Source of the DNA: Acidobacteriota bacterium
Lineage (GTDB): Bacteria > Acidobacteriota > Vicinamibacteria > Vicinamibacterales > UBA2999
Assembly: GCA_046726375.1 (NCBI GenBank)
Contig: JBKPAJ010000045.1
Coordinates: 52-64,051, forward strand
Reading direction: 5' to 3'
DNA length: 64,000 nt
The notes under the pieces were generated by a model, which worked only from the letters and a program-made list of their open reading frames with translations, made no database searches and was not told where the DNA came from. Both the position numbers and the translations under genes were made by a program. Below are positions 56,594 through 64,000 of this stretch, piece by piece; the first letter of the stretch is position 1, and each line of letters opens with the position of its first letter.

Positions 56594-58284
56594 TCTCTCG
56601 CCTGGTAGCCCACGGGTGCGTCGTCGTGGTGCTCGCTTTGTCGGGTGTCGCGCCGGCGGGATTGGTGCGCGCGCAGGGCCCCGACCTTGGCACCGAGGCG
56701 CAGCGGGAGTCGGGCAAGAACACCTATCTCAAAAACTGCTCGCAGTGTCACGGCGAAAAAGGGGACGGCGAAGGCTACGCCACGCCGCATCTCCTCCCCA
56801 AGCCGCGCAACTTCACAACGGGCAAGTTCAAGGTTCGCACGACGCCCAACGGAGCGCTTCCTACGCACCAGGACCTCGTCAACATCATCAGGCGCGGCAT
56901 GCCCTACACTTCGATGCCCGCCTGGCCCAACTTCTCCGACCAGGAAGTATCGGATCTTGCCTACTTCATAAAGACTTTCTCCGCCGACTTCTCCAACCCC
57001 GAGCTTGCCCCCCAACCGGTTTCGTTGCCGAGCGCGCCGAGCACCACGAAAGAGTCAATCGAGCTCGGGAAGAAATTGTACGAGGAGACCGGTTGCGTAA
57101 AGTGCCACGGCACGCTCGGTCGAGGCGACGGACCTTCGGCTTCAACGCTGGTGGACGAGTGGAACCATTTGATACGCGCGGCGGACCTCTCGCAAAGGTG
57201 GACCTTCCGGGGAGGTTCGACTCGCGAGGATATCTTCCGGACGATGACCACAGGACTCAACGGCACGCCGATGGCGTCCTTTTCCGACGCCCTTACGCCC
57301 GAGCAACGATGGGCGATCACAGACTTCATCGTCTCTCTCTCGGCGAGCGACGGGCCTGGCTATACCAACCTCGTCGTCGCCAAACACGTTCAGGATCCGA
57401 TCGATCTGACGAAGGGCGCCGCGAACTTCGAATCCGCGGCTGTCGCACGCTTTCCGATCATCGGACAGATCATGGAGCCCGGACGCGCGTTCCATCCTCC
57501 CGCCACCTCCGTGACCGTTCAGGCAATCTACGACGCGGAGTCGATCGCCCTCCTCGTTCGATGGCACGACATGAGCGCGCAGAGGACCGGAAAGAACGAG
57601 CCGTCGCTTCCCGTGCCGCCGGAGGAGGAGGAGGAGGAGGAAACCGTCGCTCCGAAGGGGGGCATCTTTGGCGAGGAGGAAGTCGCCCAGCCTCCGGCCC
57701 AGGACCCCTTTGCGGAACCCGCCGCCGCGGCGACCGCCGCGCCATCGGAGTTCTCCGACGCCGTCGCCATCCAGATCCCTTCGCAGGTGCCAACCGGCGC
57801 CCGCAAGCCCTACTTCATCTTCGGTGACGGCCAGAACTCAGTGGATCTCTGGTTCTTCGATTTGGCGCGCCCCGATCCGCTTCAGTTCACGGGCCGGGGA
57901 AGCGCGAACGTCGCGCCCAACGACACGGGGGATGTCACCGGCGTCGCGAGCTACGACCAGGGAGAATGGTCAGTCGTCTTCAAGCGGCCCCTTCGCGCAT
58001 CCGCGGGCGCCGCGTTTACCCCCGGAGAATTCATGCCCATCGCCTTCTCAGTCTGGGACGGGTTCTCGCGTGAGCGTGGCAATCGGCGAGGTCTCTCGTT
58101 GTGGTACTCCCTCTACGTCGAGCCCGAAAACGTCCCCTCGGCCATCGGCCCGATGGTTAGGACTGCGCTCTTGATCCTCGTCATCGAGTTGGCAGTCATC
58201 GGCTGGGGGCGATCGCGTTACGGTTCTCGGACCCGCGACGAGATTGGCGGTGAGGGGAGACAGCACCCGGCCACGAGCGTTTGA
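56590..58284 (+). CDS. Di-haem cytochrome c fused to an EB_dh/DOMON-type haem-binding domain, with a C-terminal TM anchor
   Basis: A signal peptide is followed by CSQCH and CVKCH with MPAW/GTPMA distal regions. The EB_dh-like stretches are AIYDAESIALLVRWHD, DAVAIQIPS...KPYFIFGDGQNSVDLWFF, GEWSVVFKRPL and IAFSVWDGFSRERGNRRGLSLW. There is an acidic insert PPEEEEEEE and a terminal helix TALLILVIELAVIGW. Confidence 0.7.
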   Translation: MISRLVAHGCVVVVLALSGVAPAGLVRAQGPDLGTEAQRESGKNTYLKNCSQCHGEKGDGEGYATPHLLPKPRNFTTGKFKVRTTPNGALPTHQDLVNIIRRGMPYTSMPAWPNFSDQEVSDLAYFIKTFSADFSNPELAPQPVSLPSAPSTTKESIELGKKLYEETGCVKCHGTLGRGDGPSASTLVDEWNHLIRAADLSQRWTFRGGSTREDIFRTMTTGLNGTPMASFSDALTPEQRWAITDFIVSLSASDGPGYTNLVVAKHVQDPIDLTKGAANFESAAVARFPIIGQIMEPGRAFHPPATSVTVQAIYDAESIALLVRWHDMSAQRTGKNEPSLPVPPEEEEEEETVAPKGGIFGEEEVAQPPAQDPFAEPAAAATAAPSEFSDAVAIQIPSQVPTGARKPYFIFGDGQNSVDLWFFDLARPDPLQFTGRGSANVAPNDTGDVTGVASYDQGEWSVVFKRPLRASAGAAFTPGEFMPIAFSVWDGFSRERGNRRGLSLWYSLYVEPENVPSAIGPMVRTALLILVIELAVIGWGRSRYGSRTRDEIGGEGRQHPATSV

Positions 58285-58310
58285 GCTGATTGGGCCATCC
58301 GGAGGATCCG

Positions 58311-60350
58311 ATGTACAAGAGCATTTACGTTCCCGTCGATAACTCAGACCACTCCAACCGCGCGGTCGCTTGCAGCGTGGCGTTGGGCAAGGCGTTCTCC
58401 GCAAAGCTGGTCGGCTGCCATGTCTACGCGGCAAAACTGCACGACTATCGCTTCAGGCAGATGGAGTACACCCTGCCGGAGGAGTACATCGACGAGGTTG
58501 AACTGGAGCGCCAGCGGAAGATCCACGACAGCCTCATCACGATGGGTCTTAAGCTCATCTCCGACAGCTATCTCGATGGCATGTCGCGTCTCTGCGGCGA
58601 GTCGGGCCTCAGGTTCGAGCCGCGGATGATGGACGGGAAGCATCACATCGAGATCCTCAAGGACCTCGCCGGCTCACAGCACGACTTGGTCGTGATCGGC
58701 GCCCTGGGAGTCGGTCGCGCACGCGACAGCGTGATCGGCTCGGTCTGCGAACGTGTCGCGCGCCAGTCCGACCGCGACGTCTGGGTAGTCAAGCACGTAC
58801 CCGAGCCAGGCGAGCCGGAGCGCGACACGATTCTGGTCGGCATCGACGGCAGCCCACAGTCATTCGGCGCGCTGATGACCGCCATCGAACTGGCACGCAC
58901 GTTCGGCAAGCAGATCGAAGCGATCGCCGTGTACGACCCCTATCTGCACTACTCCGTCTTCAACGGCATCGTCAACGTCCTCACCGAGCAGGCGGCCAAG
59001 GTCTTTCGCTTCGAGGAGCAGAATCAGCTTCACGAGGAGATCATCGACACCGGACTCGCGCAGATCTATCAGTCGCATCTCGAGGTGGGCGAGCGGATGG
59101 CGAGCGAGGACGGCGTCACGATCAAGAAGACGCTCCTCGACGGCAAACCTTTCCAAAAGATCCTCGACCACGCGCGCAAAACGAATCCGTGGCTGATCGT
59201 GGTAGGGCGCATCGGAGTCCACAGCCCGAAGGACGAGACGGGGCTCGGGAGCAACGCGGAGAACATTCTCCGCGCCGCACACTGTGATGTCCTCCTCTCG
59301 ACGCGACTGGAAGTGCCCCGGCTCGACGTGCGCGCCGAGGAGACCGTCCGATGGACGCCCGAAGCCGAGGCGCGCATGCAGAATGTGCCCGAGCAGGTCA
59401 AGGGGATCGCCCGTACCGGCGTTCTTCGTCTGGCGCTCGAGAAGGGGCATTCGGTGATCACGAGCGCCGTGATCGATGAAGCAATGGATCGGTTCATGCC
59501 GAAGAGCGCTTCGGCTGCGACGAAGGCGCTGGCCGAGGCAGTGGCGCTCGAGCGGGCGAAGTCCGGCCCCGTCTCGCTCTGCCGGTCGTGCGGCGTCGCC
59601 GCCACGCAAAGCGGCGCGGTCAAGTGCACCGTCTGCGGCGCCACGGATTTCGAGGTGATCTCGCAGGAGATGATCGAGAAGATCGCCGCGGTGGAGGGCG
59701 GGCTCGAGGAAGAGACGACCTATGACGGACGCAAGCTGCGCTGGTCTGAGGACGCACGGAAAGGCCTCTGGACCATGAAGAACGCGTATCAGCGCCGCCG
59801 CGTCAAGGCGCGTGTCGAAAAGCGCGCGCGCATGATGAAGCTCGACGCGATCACGCTCGATTTCGCACGACAGGTAATCGAGGAGGAGACCGGAGCGCCG
59901 CTCGAGGTCCAGGGTCGTGGCGCGCAAATCCCTGAGAGCGCTGCCGCTGCAGCGGGCGAGGCCCGGCTCGTGGCGCGCGACGACAAGAAGAATCCGCTGA
60001 TCTCCACGTTCGCGTGGACAGACGAGGCCGCGCAGAGGATCCTTCGGGTTCCGGCCGGTTTCATGCGCAACAAAACGCAGGAGAGGATCGAGGAGCTTGC
60101 GCGGGAGCGCGCCGCGACGACGATCGATCTTGGGCTCGTCGAAGAGGGAATCGAGATCGGCAAGCGGATGATGGCCGAGATGATCGCGAACTACCCGTCA
60201 CAGGGCAAGAGCCCTGGAGTCGCGACGGCGGCGCCGGATTCGGCAGCCAACTCCGCGACATCCAATGGCAACGGCTACCTCAATGAGGTAAGTGCGCGGC
60301 CGCCTGTGACGACCGAGCGACCTGCGTCCCGCGACCATCGGGAGACGTGA
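58311..60350 (+). CDS. Multidomain protein: 2 x universal stress protein domains + zinc ribbon + three PCP_red-like (protochlorophyllide-reductase-B C-terminal-like) domains
   Basis: The USP starts are MYKSIYVPVDNSDHS and ILVGIDGSPQS, each with a ...VVGRIG/VIGALG end. The zinc ribbon is CRSCG..CTVCG. The three PCP_red-like repeats are VRWTPEAEARMQNVPEQVKGIARTGV, LRWSEDARKGL and FAWTDEAAQRILRVPAGFMRNKTQERIE. A GGAGGA RBS is present. Confidence 0.6.
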   Translation: MYKSIYVPVDNSDHSNRAVACSVALGKAFSAKLVGCHVYAAKLHDYRFRQMEYTLPEEYIDEVELERQRKIHDSLITMGLKLISDSYLDGMSRLCGESGLRFEPRMMDGKHHIEILKDLAGSQHDLVVIGALGVGRARDSVIGSVCERVARQSDRDVWVVKHVPEPGEPERDTILVGIDGSPQSFGALMTAIELARTFGKQIEAIAVYDPYLHYSVFNGIVNVLTEQAAKVFRFEEQNQLHEEIIDTGLAQIYQSHLEVGERMASEDGVTIKKTLLDGKPFQKILDHARKTNPWLIVVGRIGVHSPKDETGLGSNAENILRAAHCDVLLSTRLEVPRLDVRAEETVRWTPEAEARMQNVPEQVKGIARTGVLRLALEKGHSVITSAVIDEAMDRFMPKSASAATKALAEAVALERAKSGPVSLCRSCGVAATQSGAVKCTVCGATDFEVISQEMIEKIAAVEGGLEEETTYDGRKLRWSEDARKGLWTMKNAYQRRRVKARVEKRARMMKLDAITLDFARQVIEEETGAPLEVQGRGAQIPESAAAAAGEARLVARDDKKNPLISTFAWTDEAAQRILRVPAGFMRNKTQERIEELARERAATTIDLGLVEEGIEIGKRMMAEMIANYPSQGKSPGVATAAPDSAANSATSNGNGYLNEVSARPPVTTERPASRDHRET

Positions 60351-61192
60351 GCGCCTACCGCTTCTGCCGCACGGATGACATCGCGCTTCTCGTTGACGCG
60401 CTGAATCGCTGCTGGGCTCCGTACTTTCCCGACGAGCCGCCCATGACGCCAGCCGCGTTCAAGCGGTCGATCCGCGACCTTCAGGTCTGGTGCAGCAGCT
60501 GCATGGTCGCCTTCTCCGGTTCCGACCCGATCGGCGTGCTCATCGGCGCCAAGCGGCCTTCCGGCACCCTCGTCTACAAGATTGCCGTCCATCCCGATCA
60601 TCGTCGACAGGGTCATGGGCGTCACCTGCTCGCCTCGCTGGGCTCGAAACTCGCGATTCTCGGCCCGCCGAGAATTGTTGCCGAGGTCCCCGAGACTCTC
60701 GCGCCTGCTCACGCGCTGTTCAGCGCAAGCGGATATGTCCAGGAAGCGCTCCTGACTGACTACGTCTTACAGTGTGAAGAGAAAGGCGGCGAACAAAGCG
60801 GATTCGTGATCCCTGTCACGATCGACGATCTCGCCGCCAATGATCTTCTTGGAGAGGCTCAGGTTTGCTGGAAGCGCTCCGTGGAGACTCTCACTGCAAC
60901 GAAGGACGACATCGCGGGACTCGCCGTCGTCGCCGACGAGCGAATCGAAGCCTACCTCCTGTACGTAAAGCGCGGAATGGAGGAGACGGAGATTCTATCG
61001 CTCCGCTGTTTCATCGATGATGGTGGAGCGCGTTTGAAGCAACTGCTGTCGCGACTCCGCGCGCGACACACGGAGACCTTCCGGTTCCCAAAGGTCCACC
61101 CGGCCGAGGTCTCGAAGGAGTGGCTGGAGAAGCTCGGTTTCAGCCCTGACGGTGGGCACTTACTCTACGCAACGAGAGCGCGGTCCGCTTGA
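60347..61192 (+). CDS. GNAT-family N-acetyltransferase (two-lobed)
   Basis: Acetyl-CoA motif A is IAVHPDHRRQGHGRHLL. A GTG start overlaps the previous stop (GTGA). Confidence 0.7.
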   Translation: MSAYRFCRTDDIALLVDALNRCWAPYFPDEPPMTPAAFKRSIRDLQVWCSSCMVAFSGSDPIGVLIGAKRPSGTLVYKIAVHPDHRRQGHGRHLLASLGSKLAILGPPRIVAEVPETLAPAHALFSASGYVQEALLTDYVLQCEEKGGEQSGFVIPVTIDDLAANDLLGEAQVCWKRSVETLTATKDDIAGLAVVADERIEAYLLYVKRGMEETEILSLRCFIDDGGARLKQLLSRLRARHTETFRFPKVHPAEVSKEWLEKLGFSPDGGHLLYATRARSA

Positions 61193-61193
61193 T

Positions 61194-61406
61194 TCAGTAA
61201 CGAGCTCCTCGCGCTTCGTCTGCACCCGGTCGAGTTTGTCGGGCCCCACCAACGTCAGGGCCAATGTCGGGGTGGCCACGCGGCTTCCACCATGTAAACC
61301 AAGTGTGTCCGTGCGCTCTCCCGCGACGGATGTACCAGATGTAGTACGGCACCCACAGCCCGATTAAGAGCACGAGCGCGATTGTGAGGCCAATCGAGAT
61401 GTCCAT
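61194..61406 (-). CDS. Small single-TM protein, unknown function
   Basis: 70 aa. A GGGAGGAG RBS lies 8 nt upstream of the ATG. The N-terminal helix is ISIGLTIALVLLIGLWVPYYIWYI. It is convergent with the GNAT gene. Confidence 0.45.
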   Translation of the reverse strand: MDISIGLTIALVLLIGLWVPYYIWYIRRGRAHGHTWFTWWKPRGHPDIGPDVGGARQTRPGADEARGARY

Positions 61407-61562
61407 TGCTCAGCTCCTCCCGTGCAAAGATCTCTGATGCAAGCGGCGATCCTGGCGGCGAGCTCGTCTTGCGCGGCTGCGACGGTGTAAGCTATCAACC
61501 CTCGCCCTTCACAAACTCAGGCCGAGGCTGAACAAGGTCGAAGGTCCGGAACATCGGCAAAG

Positions 61563-62471
61563 ATGAAGCGCTACCACGAGATCGTCGGCGACGGAGGGTC
61601 CAGAATTCTCGAGCAGGTTGCCGAGCAACGCACCCGCATCACCGATGGGCTCGCCGCCGTGCGTCATCTCGTGGCCGTGGGCTCCGGCAAAGGCGGAGTC
61701 GGCAAGAGCACTTTGACGCTACATCTCGCGAGCGCTCTGCGCGCCCGGGGGCTTCGGATTGCGATCCTGGACGCGGACCTCAACGGCCCTTCACTGGCGC
61801 GCATGGCGGGTGTCCAACGTGCGCTGTTCGTCCCCGGCAGCAACAAGGTCGCGCTCCCGCGCACCGGGACCGGAATTGGCGTCTTCTCGATGGGCTCGGT
61901 GATCCCCGAATCGGAGGCGCTCGAGTTCGAGAGTGCGGCGCACGGAGAGTCCCACACGTGGCGCGCCACGAGGGAGTTTGCTCTCCTGGGCGAGATCCTC
62001 GGGTCCTTCGAGTGGGGAACGCTCGATCTGCTGATGTTCGATCTGCCGCCGGGAGCCGAGCGGACCGTACAGTACGCCGATTTTCTTGGGCCGCGGACCT
62101 CGTTCCTGCTCGTGACCATCCCTTCCGAGGTGGCACGCGGCGTGGTCGCGCGCTCGGTGGCAGCTCTGTCGAAGGGACCTAATCGCCTCCTCGGTTACGT
62201 CGAGAATATGAGCGGCTACTACTGCCGCGACTGCGACGCCATCAAGCCGCTGTTCGTGTCACCCGAACCCTTCGACGACGCTCAGGACAGGCGATCGGGC
62301 TTGGGGATCCCCTGCCTCGGGACCGTCCCATTCGATCCCGAGCTTGCACGGCACTGCGATCGGGGGACCTCCCTCGCGGAACTGCCCAACACACCCGTTG
62401 GCCGCGCCCTGGAGCATGTTGCGCAGCAACTTCTGGGCAGCCTCGGATCCACAACGGAGCCTTCCCGATGA
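61563..62471 (+). CDS. Mrp/NBP35/ApbC-family P-loop ATPase (Fe-S cluster carrier)
   Basis: The deviant Walker A is VGSGKGGVGKST. The motifs DADLNGPS and DLPPG, and the CxxC motif YYCRDCD, are present. Confidence 0.85.
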   Translation: MKRYHEIVGDGGSRILEQVAEQRTRITDGLAAVRHLVAVGSGKGGVGKSTLTLHLASALRARGLRIAILDADLNGPSLARMAGVQRALFVPGSNKVALPRTGTGIGVFSMGSVIPESEALEFESAAHGESHTWRATREFALLGEILGSFEWGTLDLLMFDLPPGAERTVQYADFLGPRTSFLLVTIPSEVARGVVARSVAALSKGPNRLLGYVENMSGYYCRDCDAIKPLFVSPEPFDDAQDRRSGLGIPCLGTVPFDPELARHCDRGTSLAELPNTPVGRALEHVAQQLLGSLGSTTEPSR

Positions 62472-62935
62472 AGTTCCTCTGCATCCCCTGCGACAGCCCG
62501 ATGAAGCTCCAAACCATCGGTCCGCCCGAGCGCGGCTCGCTGTCGGTCGTCTACTCGTGTCCTGAGTGCGGATACGAAATCGCGATGCTCACCAATGCGT
62601 ACGAAACGCAGATCGTCCAGTCACTCGGCGTGCGGGTCGGCCCCGAGGGCGGCACAGCGGAGGAAGGCACGTCCGACAGCCGCTGCCCGTTCAACGCGAT
62701 GATTCCGGCGATGGATGATGCGCGACCCTTCGACGCTGCTCAGGGCAGGCCCGATCAGGCCGACGAGCCGATTACCGTTCGGTGGACTGCCGCCGCGGAA
62801 GCCCGTCTCGCAAAGGTTCCCGAGTTCGTCCGCCCAATGGCGAAGAGCGGCATCGAGAGATTCGCCCGAGAGCGGGGAGCACTGGAGGTTGACGAGAACG
62901 TCCTGGACGCTGCCCGTGAGTTCTTTGGTATGTAA
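62468..62935 (+). CDS. Zinc-ribbon + PCP_red-like domain protein
   Basis: The N-terminus has CIPC...CPEC. The C-terminal stretch VRWTAAAEARLAKVPEFVRPMAKSGIERFARERG resembles the PCP_red repeats of 58311-60350. The start overlaps the Mrp stop. Confidence 0.6.
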   Translation: MKFLCIPCDSPMKLQTIGPPERGSLSVVYSCPECGYEIAMLTNAYETQIVQSLGVRVGPEGGTAEEGTSDSRCPFNAMIPAMDDARPFDAAQGRPDQADEPITVRWTAAAEARLAKVPEFVRPMAKSGIERFARERGALEVDENVLDAAREFFGM

Positions 62936-64000
62936 TGAGCGATTTCGCCCGTCCCTACGTCGTCTCTTGGAACCTTACCTACCGCTGCAACCTCGCCTGC
63001 GAGCACTGCTATCTCGACGCCGGCGGCACGCCTCTGGTCACGACCGAGAACTTCGCCGATCGGAGCGAGCTCGGCACCGAGGAGTGCTTCAAGGTCATCG
63101 ATGAAATCGCCGCTTTCGCGCCTGAATGCCTTACGATCCTGACGGGGGGCGAGCCGCTCTTGCGGCGCGACATCCTCGAGATCGTCCAGCGCGCAGCGGA
63201 GCGTGGACTTTGGGTCGTCGTCGGCACCAACGGCGTGCGCATCACCGAGAACGTGGCGCGGCGCCTGGCGGAGGCCGGAGGACGGGGACTCTCTCTTTCC
63301 CTCGATGCTCTCGATCCCGATCGTCACGACCGCTTCAGAAGAGTACGTGGCGCCTGGCGAAACACAGTGGAGGGAGCGGAGATCCTCAACAGGGCCGGGC
63401 TTCCCTTCATCGTGCAGACAACCGCGGGCTCGCACAATCTCGACGAGCTCGAAGCGATCGCCGACTTCGCGCACGATCGCCTCGCCGCCAAGGTCTGGAA
63501 CCTCTACTTCCTGGTGCCGACGGGGCGCGGGCAGTTCGTGTCGGACATGACCCCCGAGCAGTACGACGACGTGCTCGCCTCTCTCTACCGGATCCAGCGG
63601 CAGTACGACCGCCGGATGCTCGTGAACGCGAAGTGCGCTCCGCATTACATCAAGACCGTTCTGGAGAATGCCGGCGCCGAGACCGATCCGATCCCGACAG
63701 ATGGCGAATCGGCGAGGGCGCCCTCGTGGCGCGGTCTGTCCCAGATCAGGACCTACTCCGGAGGGGCCGGCGGCTGTCCGGCGGGGACGCACTACATGGG
63801 GATACGGCCAAACGGCGATGTCACCCCTTGCCCCTACCTCCCGGTCTTCGCGGGGAATCTTCGCAGCTCGACTCTCGCAGACCTCTGGACGTCTTCGGGG
63901 CTGTTCGCCGACATTCGCCGTCGCTCCTCACTCGGGGGCCGGTGCGGAGCGTGCGAGATGAACGCCCATTGCGGGGGCTGCCGCGCCCGGGCCTACGGGA
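62935..64000 (+). CDS. Radical SAM/SPASM enzyme of the NirJ/AhbC/AhbD (tetrapyrrole-modifying) type, 3'-truncated by the window end
   Basis: My own translation gives MSDFARPYVVSWNLTYRCNLACEHCY (CxxxCxxC), LTGGEPLLRRD, VGTNG, SLDALDPDRHDRFR, YFLVPTGRG, and SPASM-like cysteines GGCPAG...PCPYLP...GRCGACEMNAHCGGCRARAY. The frame is open to the end of the window. This ORF is absent from the supplied ORF track because it has no stop. Confidence 0.85.
   Translation, partial: MSDFARPYVVSWNLTYRCNLACEHCYLDAGGTPLVTTENFADRSELGTEECFKVIDEIAAFAPECLTILTGGEPLLRRDILEIVQRAAERGLWVVVGTNGVRITENVARRLAEAGGRGLSLSLDALDPDRHDRFRRVRGAWRNTVEGAEILNRAGLPFIVQTTAGSHNLDELEAIADFAHDRLAAKVWNLYFLVPTGRGQFVSDMTPEQYDDVLASLYRIQRQYDRRMLVNAKCAPHYIKTVLENAGAETDPIPTDGESARAPSWRGLSQIRTYSGGAGGCPAGTHYMGIRPNGDVTPCPYLPVFAGNLRSSTLADLWTSSGLFADIRRRSSLGGRCGACEMNAHCGGCRARAYG

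Noticed and set aside
1-64000. Mobile elements, prophage, defence islands, tRNA or rRNA genes
   Set aside because: I recognised no integrase, transposase, recombinase, capsid/terminase, restriction-modification, toxin-antitoxin or Cas-like ORF. No intergenic gap shows a cloverleaf-like tRNA sequence. The gene content is metabolic/housekeeping with uniform GC-rich composition.

Overview
This is a strongly GC-rich, gene-dense chromosomal fragment with about 55 supportable CDSs. I saw no rRNA, tRNA, CRISPR array, transposase, integrase or phage genes. Several features point to an Acidobacteriota-like soil bacterium, which is an inference only. These are a PadR regulator followed by an ADOP-type duplicated-FtsX permease, a CarboxypepD_reg-type TonB receptor, a LysW carrier-protein lysine pathway, and many Tat/Sec-exported enzymes.

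Main blocks:
- 164-6048: an exported oxidoreductase and TIM-barrel enzyme next to a TonB receptor.
- 6067-13032: a di-haem cytochrome c with a TPR partner, plus an ApbE / split NosR-like (FMN_bind + NapH-like) flavinylation set.
- 15415-20987: a complete lysWXYZJK cluster.
- 29403-35297: two head-to-head proton-translocating transhydrogenase operons of different architecture.
- 36999-47953: ABC/ADOP transporters, an amine oxidase, and an S8 protease with a free-standing propeptide-like gene.
- 48868-58284 (the most interesting region): a translationally coupled operon. Textbook alternative-complex-III subunits ActA, ActB and ActE are joined to a ~14-TM cytochrome bd-like (CydA-family) membrane protein, not to the NrfD-type ActC/ActF subunits. 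Three more c-type cytochrome proteins follow, one carrying an EB_dh/DOMON-type haem domain.
- 58311-64000: a probable tetrapyrrole/Fe-S maturation set (USP + PCP_red protein, GNAT, Mrp/NBP35, Zn-ribbon + PCP_red protein, NirJ/Ahb-like radical SAM/SPASM). It runs off the window end.

Non-coding highlights are three same-orientation copies of a 115-116 nt structured intergenic element, a 32-bp tandem repeat array, and several REP-like hairpins. All calls come from reading the sequence and ORF translations by eye; no searches were run.
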